Source: Candidatus Multivorans sp.
Lineage (GTDB): Bacteria; Acidobacteriota; Thermoanaerobaculia; Multivoradales; Multivoraceae
Direction: 5' to 3'
NCBI GenBank assembly: GCA_965224025.1
Contig: OZ245033.1
Coordinates: 3,744,001-3,808,000 of the forward strand
Length of the DNA stretch: 64,000 nucleotides
Part shown: in pieces, positions 29,529 through 40,482 of the stretch
Position numbering within the stretch: the first letter of the stretch is position 1
How the letters are laid out: each line of letters begins with the position of its first letter
Made by a program: the position numbers and the translations under genes
Notes under the pieces: generated by a model
Database searches by the model: none
The model's input: the letters and a program-made list of their open reading frames with translations, nothing else
What the model was told of the DNA's origin: nothing

Positions 29529-30391
29529 CTGCTACGCTGCTCATCATGTCCGCTCATTCGGCCGAAGAAACGCCAATCGGAGCGCAGTCCGAGGTCCAGC
29601 CCAAACCGGAGAAACTCGAACTGCTCGAAACGGCCTACGAGCTCACTGACTTCCGGTCCTTCGCCGACCTTGGCGCCTGCTGGGGCGTCGATGGCGCGTA
29701 CACGTTCCACGCCGCCGAACTCTGCGGCGACGAGCTGGAGAGAGCGGTGATCGTCGACGGCAATCTGACTCCCCTGACCCGGGAGCGAGCGAAGGAACAT
29801 CCAAGGGTGGAACTGGTCCAGGCCCGGCTCGGCTCGCAGCGGGCGCTCGACGCGGTCGGCGAGGTCGATGCCCTCATCATGTACGACATCCTGTTGCACC
29901 AGGTCAAGCCGGACTGGGACAGGTTCCTGCTGAACTGGCTGCCGCACGTCAACGTCCTGATCGTCTTCAATCAGAACTGGTTGAAGACCGCACGGACCAT
30001 ACGGTTCGTCGATCGCGGCCTCGACTGGTACTACAGGAATGTCTACGTTTGGGAAGACGATTGGAACACGCGCGCCCGGCTGGAGGCGTGGTTTGACAAG
30101 CATCACCAGCGCGACGAAGACGGACGGCTCGTGCGGGACAACCATTGGTACTGGCAGTTTGGCATCCGTCCCCAGGAGTTGATCGGCCTGCTGGCGAAGA
30201 ACGGTTTCGAACTCGTCTACATGAAGAGGCATCGTCACGCCTTCGGTCGCAGCCGCCCCTGGATCGTGAACGATGGGCTCATCTTTCAGCGCGCCGCCTA
30301 TCCGGAACTCGGCTTCCGTGGTCGGCTGCGCGCCGCGGCCCGCTCGCTGGCTGGACGAACCGGCCTTCTCGAACGCATCCGCAGGCCATGA
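29525..30391 (+). CDS. Hypothetical protein, possible class I SAM methyltransferase fold
   Basis: ADLGACWG resembles motif I; DILLH resembles the post-II motif. Overlaps both neighbours by 4 nt. Confidence 0.55.
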   Translation: MTATLLIMSAHSAEETPIGAQSEVQPKPEKLELLETAYELTDFRSFADLGACWGVDGAYTFHAAELCGDELERAVIVDGNLTPLTRERAKEHPRVELVQARLGSQRALDAVGEVDALIMYDILLHQVKPDWDRFLLNWLPHVNVLIVFNQNWLKTARTIRFVDRGLDWYYRNVYVWEDDWNTRARLEAWFDKHHQRDEDGRLVRDNHWYWQFGIRPQELIGLLAKNGFELVYMKRHRHAFGRSRPWIVNDGLIFQRAAYPELGFRGRLRAAARSLAGRTGLLERIRRP

Positions 30392-31260
30392 AGACCTACT
30401 TCGACGTCGCCGGAGACGGCGGTTCCGACGTTCTCGGGCAGGTTCTCCAGCAGCGTGAGCGCATCGCCGAGGCGATGGCCGGCATCGATCACGTCGTCGC
30501 CATCGGCTCCGGCAAGGGAGGCGTCGGCAAGAGCACGCTGACCATGCAGCTCGCCCTGGCACTCGAGCGGGCCGGCCGCCGCTGCGCGATTCTCGACGCC
30601 GACTTGAACGGTCCCTGCCAGGCCCGTCTTGCCGGGCTGGAACAGGTTCCTCTGCTGCCGGGTGACCGCGGCATGGCACTGCCCCGCACGTCTCGTGGTC
30701 TGGGCGTCGTGTCGTTGGGTTCCCTGGTGCCCGAGTCGGAGCACGTCGCGTTCGAGAGCGTAGCGACGGGCGACTCCCACGTCTGGCGCGCAACCCGCGA
30801 GTTCAACCTGTTCCAGCAGTTGCTCGGTCTGGTGGACTGGGGTCGTCTCGACTTTCTGCTGGTCGACCTGCCGCCGGGCGCCGAACGCACCCTGCAGTAC
30901 GCCGAAGTCCTGGGGCCGGACGCGCGCTTCGTGCTCGTCACGATTCCAGCCGCGCTGGCCCGCGGCGTCGTCGCGCGCTCGGCGGCGGCGCTCGGCACGA
31001 CGCCGAACGAGGTGCTCGGGTACATCGAGAACATGAGCGGCTACTACTGCGGTACGTGCGACGGGGTCCGTCCCCTGTTCCACGGCGCGGCCGGCGAAGC
31101 GCCGAAGCTTGGACTCCCCCGTCTGGCTAGGGTACCGTTCGACCCGCGTCTGGCAACGGCCTCCGATGCGGGCGAAGCGGACTTGCCCCCGGGACCGGTC
31201 ATCCGCGCGATCGACGAGGCCGCCGCACGGCTTCTGCGTTGCGTCGCCCAGACAAGCTGA
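30388..31260 (+). CDS. Mrp/NBP35 (ApbC)-family P-loop ATPase, Fe-S carrier
   Basis: GSGKGGVGKS, DADLNGP, DLPPG and ENMS.YYCGTC. Confidence 0.88.
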   Translation: MKTYFDVAGDGGSDVLGQVLQQRERIAEAMAGIDHVVAIGSGKGGVGKSTLTMQLALALERAGRRCAILDADLNGPCQARLAGLEQVPLLPGDRGMALPRTSRGLGVVSLGSLVPESEHVAFESVATGDSHVWRATREFNLFQQLLGLVDWGRLDFLLVDLPPGAERTLQYAEVLGPDARFVLVTIPAALARGVVARSAAALGTTPNEVLGYIENMSGYYCGTCDGVRPLFHGAAGEAPKLGLPRLARVPFDPRLATASDAGEADLPPGPVIRAIDEAAARLLRCVAQTS

Positions 31261-31282
31261 TTCCGAACGACAGAGATCAAGG

Positions 31283-31810
31283 ATGAAGTTCCTCTGCGTA
31301 CCCTGCGACGAGCAGATGAAGCTGAAGCACGCCCTGGGACCTGATGGCGGTTCCGTCGCCCTGGTCTATGCCTGCCCCACCTGTTCCGCCGAGATGGCGA
31401 TGATGACGAATCCGCACGAGACCCAGGTGGTTGGATCGCTCGGCGTACGGATCGGCCCCGAGACGGGCGACGAAGCCGCGGCGACGTCCTCGAAGTGTCC
31501 CTTCACGGGCATGCTGGCGGAGATGGGCATGTCGACCTCCGCGACCAACTCACAGCCTGAAAGTCGCGAGTCCGGAGATCCCGCGCATCTTGCCGGCCGG
31601 AATCGAGACGGCGGGCACGGCGCCGCGGTCAACGGAGAACCGGGAGGCATTCCCTGGACCGCCGAAGCCCGCGAGCGGCTGGCGAACATCCCCGACATCG
31701 TGCGCACTTCGGCGGTCGCGGGCATCGAGAAGTTCGCTCTCGACCATGGCTACGATGAGGTCGACGCGGCGGTCCTGGAGCGCGCCCGCTCCTTCTTCGG
31801 CATCGCCTGA
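31283..31810 (+). CDS. Cys-motif protein with C-terminal PCP_red domain
   Basis: CVPC...CPTC N-terminus, KCPF, and WTAEARERLANIP..VR......IEKFA PCP_red. Confidence 0.75.
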   Translation: MKFLCVPCDEQMKLKHALGPDGGSVALVYACPTCSAEMAMMTNPHETQVVGSLGVRIGPETGDEAAATSSKCPFTGMLAEMGMSTSATNSQPESRESGDPAHLAGRNRDGGHGAAVNGEPGGIPWTAEARERLANIPDIVRTSAVAGIEKFALDHGYDEVDAAVLERARSFFGIA

Positions 31811-31846
31811 ACCTTCCGGCAGAACATCGCGCACAACGCCCTCGCC

Positions 31847-33214
31847 ATGACCCTGTCACCCCTGGAACGGCCGACGAGCGCCATGCCGGCTGCGTTCGCC
31901 CGCCCGTACGTCATCTCCTGGAACCTGACCTACCGCTGCAACCTGGCCTGCGAGCACTGCTACCTCGACGCCGGCGGCAAGCCGCTGGTCGAGACCGCCA
32001 ACTTCGCCGACCGCTCGGAACTCTCCACCGACCAGTGCCGGAACGTGATCGACGACATCCGCGAGTTCGCGCCCGAGGCCCTGGTCATCCTTACCGGCGG
32101 CGAGCCGCTGCTGCGGCGCGACATCCTTGACATCGTCCGCTACGCCGCCGAGCGCGAGCTGTGGGTCGTGGTGGGCAGCAACGGCGTCCGGATCACCGAG
32201 AACCTGGCCCGCATCCTGGCGGGCGAAGGAGTCCGCGGTCTCGCTCTGTCGCTGGACGCACTGGACGCGTCGGTCCACGACGGCTTCCGCCGCGTGCGCG
32301 GCGCCTGGCAGAACACGGTCGACGGCGCCAAACACCTGGCCGCGGCCGGTCTTCCCTTCATCATTCAGACCACCGCCGGGGCGCACAACCGCGGGGAACT
32401 GGAGGAAATCGCCGCGTTCGCCTACACCGAACTCCAGGCCCGGGTCTGGAACCTCTACTTCCTGGTGCCCACCGGCCGCGGCCAGTTCGTCTCCGATCTC
32501 TCGCCGTCGGACTACGACGACGTCCTCGCCTCCCTGGAACAGATTCAACGCGACTACCGCGGCCGCATGGTGGTCAACGCGAAGTGCGCGCCCCACTACG
32601 TTCGTCAACTGCTGTCCGGCGATCCCGACTCGCCCTTCCTCAAGGCCTTCGACGGCGGCGCCGGCGGCTGCCCGGCCGGAACGCACTACATGGGGATCCG
32701 CCCGAACGGCGATGTCACTCCGTGCCCCTACCTGCCCGTCTTCGGCGGCAACCTGAAGCGTTCGACGCTGTCCGCGGTCTGGAACGACTCCTACCTGTTC
32801 CAGGACATCCGGCGCCGCAAGGACCTCGGCGGGCGCTGCGGTTCCTGCGAGCTGCAGTCGGTCTGCGGCGGCTGCCGCGCCCGCGCCTACGGCATGACCG
32901 GCGACCTGATGGCGGAGGATCCGCTATGCACCCACGACCCCGGGGCCTTCTCGCCGCAGCAACTCGCGGCGCTCGGGGACCGAACCGGGCTGGCGTCCCT
33001 TTCCCGCTACGGCGAGGACACGTCGACCACCATCGCCTGGGAACCCGAGGCGGAAGCGCGGATGAAGCGGGTGCCGGCCTTCGTCCGCGGCATGGTCGTC
33101 CGCTCGGTGGAATCCCACTGCCGCAAGAACGGCATTCCGACCGTGACCGTCGAGGAACTCGACGCGATCCGCGCCCGGATGCCGACGCCCAAGGTCTTCG
33201 GCCGACCCTCCTGA
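31847..33214 (+). CDS. Radical SAM/SPASM protein, AhbD/NirJ-like, with C-terminal PCP_red domain
   Basis: WNLTYRCNLACEHC, LTGGEPL, CAPHY, SPASM Cys set CGGCRARA; WEPEAEARMKRVPAFVRGMV tail. Confidence 0.85.
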   Translation: MTLSPLERPTSAMPAAFARPYVISWNLTYRCNLACEHCYLDAGGKPLVETANFADRSELSTDQCRNVIDDIREFAPEALVILTGGEPLLRRDILDIVRYAAERELWVVVGSNGVRITENLARILAGEGVRGLALSLDALDASVHDGFRRVRGAWQNTVDGAKHLAAAGLPFIIQTTAGAHNRGELEEIAAFAYTELQARVWNLYFLVPTGRGQFVSDLSPSDYDDVLASLEQIQRDYRGRMVVNAKCAPHYVRQLLSGDPDSPFLKAFDGGAGGCPAGTHYMGIRPNGDVTPCPYLPVFGGNLKRSTLSAVWNDSYLFQDIRRRKDLGGRCGSCELQSVCGGCRARAYGMTGDLMAEDPLCTHDPGAFSPQQLAALGDRTGLASLSRYGEDTSTTIAWEPEAEARMKRVPAFVRGMVVRSVESHCRKNGIPTVTVEELDAIRARMPTPKVFGRPS

Positions 33215-33227
33215 CTCCGCTAGTCCC

Positions 33228-33896
33228 GTGGCCAGCACCGCGCGCCGACCGCTGCCCCGCTCCTACGCCCACGTTCCGCGAACCATCCTGTGGTTGATCC
33301 CGCGTGGCGAGATCGAGATCGAGGGGCGCGCGGAGCCGGTCGAGCCCTTCTACCTCGGCAAGTGGCCGGTCACGAACGAACAGTTCGAGGCATTCGACCC
33401 GGACTACCAGCGGTCAACGCTCTCCCCCGGCGACCGGGATCTCGCCGTCGGGGTCAGCTTCGAGCAGGCGCACGCCTACTGCCGCTGGTACGCCGAGGTG
33501 TCGCGCAAACCAATGCGACTGCCGACCGAAGTCGAGTGGCGCTATGCCTGCCGCGGCACTTCCGCGGCCGACGAAGTTCCGTCATGGTGCGCTACGCCGG
33601 CGTCGGTCGACCGATGTTGCTGGCACGCCGACAACTCGGACGGGCTTGTTCAGCCTCCCGAGCACCTGGCCGCGAACGATTTCGGCCTCCACGGCATGCT
33701 GGGCAGTGTCTGGGAGTGGGCCGCACCGCACGACCCGGGTCGAGACCGCGACAAACAGCGCCGGACTCTCTGCGGCGGTTCCTTCCGTACCGAAGCCAAC
33801 GAACTCCACTGCGACCTGATCAGGTGCGGCGCCCCCGATTTTGCTGCCGACGACACCGGCTTCCGCGTCGCCCGCTCGTTCCGCGTCCGCGGCTAG
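33228..33896 (+). CDS. Formylglycine-generating enzyme (SUMF1/FGE-sulfatase) domain protein
   Basis: PVTNEQF, RLPTEVEWRYAC, GLHGMLGSVWEW, GGSF and GFRVAR. Confidence 0.82.
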   Translation: MASTARRPLPRSYAHVPRTILWLIPRGEIEIEGRAEPVEPFYLGKWPVTNEQFEAFDPDYQRSTLSPGDRDLAVGVSFEQAHAYCRWYAEVSRKPMRLPTEVEWRYACRGTSAADEVPSWCATPASVDRCCWHADNSDGLVQPPEHLAANDFGLHGMLGSVWEWAAPHDPGRDRDKQRRTLCGGSFRTEANELHCDLIRCGAPDFAADDTGFRVARSFRVRG

Positions 33897-33899
33897 CTG

Positions 33900-34517
33900 C
33901 TAGACGCCGTGATCGTAATGCCGGTGGTCGCTGCGCCCCTGGTGGAAGACCACGTGCAGTAGTGAACCGGCGACGAAGGCCTGGTACAGCTCCACGCCCA
34001 TGCCATCCTCTGCGAGCGAAACGCCTCCTCCGCCAAGCGCTCCCGCCAGGGTCGCCACCACGACGACGCCGATGCCGATGGACGCGGCCATCATTCCGTG
34101 CCGAGGACGGATCAACCACCAGATCACGAATCCGATCGGAAACCGGTGCAGGACGACGGCATGGACGAAGAACGCGTCCGAGTCCGTCCCTGGCGCCAGG
34201 GCCGCACCCTCGAGGAACGCATGCAGCACGAGGCCCGAGAGGGCAACCAGGATCGCGAGATTGTCCGCCTGCGCGGAAAGCACCCTCGACATTCGCTCGA
34301 GGACGAAGTAGAGGCCGGCGCCCACACCCGCCGCCACCACATTCAGCAGTTCTTCGGCGTTCAAGGTTTGTGGAAACACCTGCAGGGCGACCAGAATCGG
34401 TACCGCCAAGTACACAAGACCGTCTACAAGCCGGGTGGCCGCCGGCCGGTCGTGCAGCGCCCCGTAGAACAACGCCCCTAGAACCGGCGCCGCGAGCGCT
34501 GCCCCCAGCGGAACCAC
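33900..34517 (-). CDS. Membrane protein, ZIP-like metal permease
   Basis: Multi-TM; LHAFLEG, VLHRFP and GSLLHVV His motifs. Confidence 0.6.
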   Translation of the reverse strand: MVPLGAALAAPVLGALFYGALHDRPAATRLVDGLVYLAVPILVALQVFPQTLNAEELLNVVAAGVGAGLYFVLERMSRVLSAQADNLAILVALSGLVLHAFLEGAALAPGTDSDAFFVHAVVLHRFPIGFVIWWLIRPRHGMMAASIGIGVVVVATLAGALGGGGVSLAEDGMGVELYQAFVAGSLLHVVFHQGRSDHRHYDHGV

Positions 34518-34521
34518 AACC

Positions 34522-35489
34522 TCAACGGGTGCCGCGGACGACCGGCGTCGGCGGGGCGTCGCCGCGGTGAAGGGCCAGGATGTTTGATGCGGCGAGTTCG
34601 GCCATCGCCAGACGGGTCGGGATCGAGGCGCTCGCTATGTGCGGCAGCAGGACCGCGTTGTCGAGCTCGAGCAGGTCCGGGTGGACCTCCGGTTCGCGTT
34701 CGAAGACGTCGAGGCCAGCCGCCCAGATGGCGCCTGAGCGGAGCGCCGCGGCCAACGCGGCTTCGTCGACGATCGGACCGCGGGCGGTGTTGACGAGCAC
34801 CGCGGTCGGTTTCATCCGCGCGAGCCGTTCGGCGTTGATCAGACCGGCCGTTCCCTCGCTGAGCGGCAGGTGGATGGAGACGAAGTCCGCGGCGCCGAGG
34901 AGTGCGTCGAGATCCGTCCTGCGAACGCCGAGTTCCCGCTCCAGGCAGGGGCGGCCCCGCTCGTCCCAGTAGAGGATCTCCATGCCGAACCCGAGCCGGG
35001 CACGGCGGGCGACCGCCTCGCCGATGCGGCCCATGCCGAGGATGCCGAGCGTGCGGCCGTGGACCTCCTGACCGCACAAGAGTATCGGTCCCCAGCGCTT
35101 GTACCGCCCGGCACGCAGAAAACGCTCGGCTTCCGGCAGACGCCGTGCGGCCGCCAGCAACAGCGCCATCGCCAGGTCCGCGGTGGCGCCGTCGAGCACT
35201 CCCGGCGTGTTCGTGACCCAGATTCCGCGCGCGGCCGCGGCGTCGATGTCGACGTTGTCGAAGCCGACCGCCATGTTCGCCACCATGCGCAGATTCGGCG
35301 AGCGATCGAAGAGTTCCGCGTCCATGCCTTCCGTGAGCAGGGCCAGGATCACATCCGCGCGCGAGGCCGCCTCGAGGAGCACCGCCCGGTCCATGGCAAC
35401 GTCCTCTTCGAGCACCGTCGTTTCCACCCCCGGCTCGGCGCGCAACCGCGCCACCGCCTGCTCCGGAATCGGTCGGGTCACGAGCAGCT

Positions 35490-35493
<4 letters not shown>
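34522..35493 (-). CDS. D-glycerate dehydrogenase / glyoxylate reductase (D-2-hydroxyacid dehydrogenase)
   Basis: AVGFDNVD, NTPGVL, GMGRIG, NTARG, LDVFEREP and PHIAS. Confidence 0.9.
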
Positions 35494-36704
<1,211 letters not shown>

Positions 36705-36708
36705 GCGC

Positions 36709-38364
36709 TCACCCGGCGTCCCCCTCACCCGAGGCGGCGATCATCGCGGCCACCTGCTCCGGCTGCACCCGCGTGATCAGGGGCTTGAAGGGCAGGATCT
36801 CGTGGTCCACCAAGGGCGTGTGGACATCGTCCCAGACCAGGGGGTCGATGCCCAGAAAGGTCTCCGCCCGGGCCGCGATCGTCGGCACGACAGGCTTGAG
36901 ATAGACGATCAACTGACGGAACAACTCGATGCCCGTGGTGCATACCGCCTGGACCTCGGCTGCGCGCTCCGGATCGCGCGCCAGTTCCCAGGGCCGCCGG
37001 TCGTCGATGTAGCGGTTCGCCCGGTCCGCCATGGCGATGACACGCCGCAGGGCCCGGTTGTAGTCGCGGCCCTCGTAGAGTTCCGCGATCTCCTCCGCCT
37101 GGGAAGCGGCCGCCGCCGCGAGTTCGGGGGCGTCCAGCGACGCCGCCATCCGACCGTCGAACTGCCTGTGCAAGAACCCGGCGCAGCGGCTGGCGATGTT
37201 GACCACCTTGCCGACCAGATCCGAGTTGACGCGCAGAACGAAGTCCTCGAGGTTGATGTCGATGTCGGCCAAGCCGTTGCTGAACTTCGCCGCGATGTAG
37301 TAGCGGAAGGCCTCTGGATCGAGATGCTCCAGGTACGTGCGCGCCATCACGAAGGTGCCCCGCGACTTGGACATCTTGGCGCCGTCGACGGTCAGGAAGC
37401 CGTGAACGAAGACAGAGGAGGGCGTCCGGTAGCCGCCGCCGTGAAGCATGGCCGGCCAGAACAGGCAGTGGAAGTAGAGGATGTCCTTGCCGATGAAGTG
37501 GTACAGCTCGGCGTCGCTGTCCGCACCCCAGAAGTCGTCGAAGACGATGTCCTCGCGGTCGCAGAACTGGCGGAAGCTCGCCATGTAGCCGATCGGCGCG
37601 TCGACCCAGACGTAGAAGTACTTGTTCGGCGCGTCCGGGATCTCGAAGCCGAAGTACGGCGCGTCGCGCGAGATGTCCCAGTCACGCAATCCGTCGTCGA
37701 ACCACTCGCGGAGCTTGTTGACCACCTCGCTCTGCAGGCGGCCGTCCCCGACCCACTCCAGGAGCAGTTCCCGGTAGTCGGAGAGCCGCAGGAAGAGGTG
37801 CTCGGACTCCCGCTCGACCGGCAGCGCGCCGGTGACGATCGAGCGCGGGTCGATCAGGTCCGCCGGCGTGTAGGTCGAGCCGCACTCGTCGCAACTGTCG
37901 CCGTTCTGGTCCTTCGCCCCGCACCGCGGGCAGGCGCCCTTGATGAAGCGATCCGGCAGGAACATCTCCCGTTCCGGGTCGTAGAACTGCCGCACCGTCC
38001 GGCGGTCGATGGAACCCCGGTCGCGCAGGCGGCCGTAGATTCCCTCCACCAACTCCCGGTTCTCCGGAGAGTGGGTGGTGTAGAAACTGTCGAAGTGGAC
38101 TTGGAAGGCCCCGTAGTCCTCCAGGTGCTCGTCCGCCAGCCGGACGATCAGCTCCTCCGGCGTGATTCCTTCCCTCTCGGCGCGCAGCATGATCGGTGTG
38201 CCGTGCGCGTCCTCGGCGCAGACGTAGTAGCACTCGTGACCACGCATCCGTTGCACCCGGCACCAGATGTCCGTCTGGACCGCCTCCACCAGATGGCCCA
38301 TGTGGATCGGGCCGTTGGCGTAGGGCAGGCCGCTGGTGACCAGGATGCGTCGTCGTTTCTGCAT
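36709..38364 (-). CDS. metG: Methionine--tRNA ligase, without C-terminal tRNA-binding domain
   Basis: [12 protein letters not shown] (HIGH-like), CPRC/CDEC knuckle, [10 protein letters not shown] and KMSKS. Confidence 0.95.
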   Translation of the reverse strand: MQKRRRILVTSGLPYANGPIHMGHLVEAVQTDIWCRVQRMRGHECYYVCAEDAHGTPIMLRAEREGITPEELIVRLADEHLEDYGAFQVHFDSFYTTHSPENRELVEGIYGRLRDRGSIDRRTVRQFYDPEREMFLPDRFIKGACPRCGAKDQNGDSCDECGSTYTPADLIDPRSIVTGALPVERESEHLFLRLSDYRELLLEWVGDGRLQSEVVNKLREWFDDGLRDWDISRDAPYFGFEIPDAPNKYFYVWVDAPIGYMASFRQFCDREDIVFDDFWGADSDAELYHFIGKDILYFHCLFWPAMLHGGGYRTPSSVFVHGFLTVDGAKMSKSRGTFVMARTYLEHLDPEAFRYYIAAKFSNGLADIDINLEDFVLRVNSDLVGKVVNIASRCAGFLHRQFDGRMAASLDAPELAAAAASQAEEIAELYEGRDYNRALRRVIAMADRANRYIDDRRPWELARDPERAAEVQAVCTTGIELFRQLIVYLKPVVPTIAARAETFLGIDPLVWDDVHTPLVDHEILPFKPLITRVQPEQVAAMIAASGEGDAG

Positions 38365-38515
38365 GGCGATTCCTCCGAGGCGCCCGGCGCCCGGCGGACC
38401 GGGATTATGCAGCATCCGCGTGGTTGCCACCCGCGTGGCGCGATCCGTCCGCCCGTCATCGGGCGCGTAGATGCAACCCCGGCGTGCCGGCATACGTCTT
38501 CCTGATCAGACGCCG

Positions 38516-39133
38516 ATGACGACTTCGCCACAGCCTCCGGGCCCGAATCCCGACCTGTTCCTGGCGCGGCGCGCCGCCGCCGGTCATGCCGACGCCTGGA
38601 CCGAGCTGATCGAACGCTACGGCCGTCGCATCTACAACATCGCCTTCCAGTTCGCCGGGCATACCGCCGAGGCCGAGGATCTGACCCAGGAGATCTTCCT
38701 GAAGCTCTACCGCAACCTGGGCCGATACCGGGGCGACGTGCCGCTCGCCGGCTGGACGCTTCGGCTATCCCGGAACCTGTGCGTGGACCACTATCGCCGG
38801 ACGCGCACCGAGCGCCGGACCGTGGTCGTCTCGGAGGAGTTGTTGAAGCGCCACGCCGGCGGCATGGACACGGCGGCCCGCGCCGAACGCCGCGAACGGC
38901 TGCGCATGGTCTACCAGGCGCTCGAGGAGATGTCGGGGGCGTTCGCCGAGATCCTCATGCTGCGGGATCTCCAGGGGTTGAGCTACGCCGACATCTGCGC
39001 CTTCCTCGACCTGCCGGAGGGAACGATGAAGTCCCGCCTGAGGCGCGCGCGCCTGGAACTCATGCGGCGGATCGACCGCAGGCGGCAGGCCCTTGGCGAT
39101 TCCACGCCGACACGCAGCGGGGCCTACAAGTGA
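38516..39133 (+). CDS. ECF-type RNA polymerase sigma factor
   Basis: AEDLTQEIFLK region 2; LSYADI...LPEGTMKSRL.RAR region 4. Confidence 0.9.
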   Translation: MTTSPQPPGPNPDLFLARRAAAGHADAWTELIERYGRRIYNIAFQFAGHTAEAEDLTQEIFLKLYRNLGRYRGDVPLAGWTLRLSRNLCVDHYRRTRTERRTVVVSEELLKRHAGGMDTAARAERRERLRMVYQALEEMSGAFAEILMLRDLQGLSYADICAFLDLPEGTMKSRLRRARLELMRRIDRRRQALGDSTPTRSGAYK

Positions 39134-39828
39134 ACCGCCAGCGCCAGCACACGGATACCCGTCCGGGAACGACGAACCCGGAACGGATGCCAGGCATCGG
39201 CGAACTCGGCGCCGACCTCCCGATCTCCGACGAACTCCGCGCGGGGCTGCTCGAGATCGCTGTCGGCCCGTCCTACGACCGCGACGGCGAGGCGCGCGCC
39301 CCGGAGCTGGAATCGCTGGTCTGGTCCGAACTCGAACCGTCACCCTCCCTGATGCAGCGGCTGCGCGAGATCCCCGCGCGCAGCCCGGCTCGCCGGACCG
39401 CGGTCCTGGCCGCCCGGCCCGGAACCGGCATGGTGCTTGCGGCCAGCTACCTGCTCGCGGTCGCCCTGACCCTCGTCCTCGGCGACCCGGTCGCCGCCGG
39501 CCGCAAGGCCGCGACGAACCTGGGCGCAACGGCTGGTGAGCATCTCATCAAACCGGCGACGGAAGCCGGCGCATCGGTGCAGGCGGGGGTAGGCCGGCGC
39601 CTTGGCGCCCTCCAGGGACTCTGGCGCTCGGCCGGGTTCTTCGCCGAACCGCTGGATCTGCCCACCGACCGCGTCAGGGCCTGGTTCCAGGGCACCGTCG
39701 ACTCGTCGTCCGAGGCCTTCCGTGAGCTGGCCGGCCTGTGGCCGCTCAGCGACTCCGGCAGCAACGACAAACCACCGCCAACGACTCGAAACCGCTCGCA
39801 GACCCACCAGGAGAGGAGTTCCGCATGA
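39130..39828 (+). CDS. Putative single-TM anti-sigma factor
   Basis: GTGA overlap with the sigma gene and one central TM. Function inferred from position. Confidence 0.55.
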   Translation: MNRQRQHTDTRPGTTNPERMPGIGELGADLPISDELRAGLLEIAVGPSYDRDGEARAPELESLVWSELEPSPSLMQRLREIPARSPARRTAVLAARPGTGMVLAASYLLAVALTLVLGDPVAAGRKAATNLGATAGEHLIKPATEAGASVQAGVGRRLGALQGLWRSAGFFAEPLDLPTDRVRAWFQGTVDSSSEAFRELAGLWPLSDSGSNDKPPPTTRNRSQTHQERSSA

Positions 39829-40445
39829 ACGCCGAACGCGAACAGGACCCGTCGCAGACCGAGGACACGGAGACTGCCGCCCACGAGCCGGCGCCGGCCG
39901 CTCCGCCGCCTCCACCGCCGCAGGCCGCCTCCCAGCAGGCGCCGCCACCAGCACCGCCGACGCCCGCCCAGGGAGGCCTCACTGCCCGCCACGTCGTCAG
40001 CGTGATCCTCGCCCTCTTCCCCGGGCTCGGCCACATCTACAACGGCCTCTACCAGCGCGGCATCGTGCTCTTCCTGCTTGCGGTCGGCTCCATCTACCTC
40101 GCCACCGAGGAGGGCGTGATGGGCATGGTCGTGGCCTTCGTATGGCTCTTCAACATCATCGACGCCTACCGGCAGGCCAATCTGATCGAACTCGGCCACG
40201 GCACCGATCTGGGTCTGCGGGACACCCCGAAGCCGCCCGCCAACGGCCAGCTCGGTCTGCTGGCCGGCGCCGGTCTGTTCGTCATCGGCTTCCTGGCGCT
40301 GCTCGACCACACGTTCGGATACGACATCGACCGCGTGTGGGAGTTCTGGCCCCTCGGCCTGCTGGCGGCCGGTGCCTGGCTGATGATCGGCGCCTACCGG
40401 CAGTGGCGGCGGAACCGGACCAACGCGGAGTCTGGGGCCGACTGA
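39825..40445 (+). CDS. Membrane protein (LiaF/DUF5668-like TM module)
   Basis: PGLGHIYNG..RG and FWPL.L...G motifs; GGAG RBS; coupled to the upstream gene. Confidence 0.65.
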   Translation: MNAEREQDPSQTEDTETAAHEPAPAAPPPPPPQAASQQAPPPAPPTPAQGGLTARHVVSVILALFPGLGHIYNGLYQRGIVLFLLAVGSIYLATEEGVMGMVVAFVWLFNIIDAYRQANLIELGHGTDLGLRDTPKPPANGQLGLLAGAGLFVIGFLALLDHTFGYDIDRVWEFWPLGLLAAGAWLMIGAYRQWRRNRTNAESGAD

Positions 40446-40482
40446 AGCAAGCGCCGGATCCGCGGACTCGGCGGAGCCGTCA

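Noticed and set aside
25687-33214. PCP_red domains as evidence of (bacterio)chlorophyll synthesis
   Set aside because: No BchL/N/B catalytic domains or photosynthesis genes; only the small accessory domain is present.
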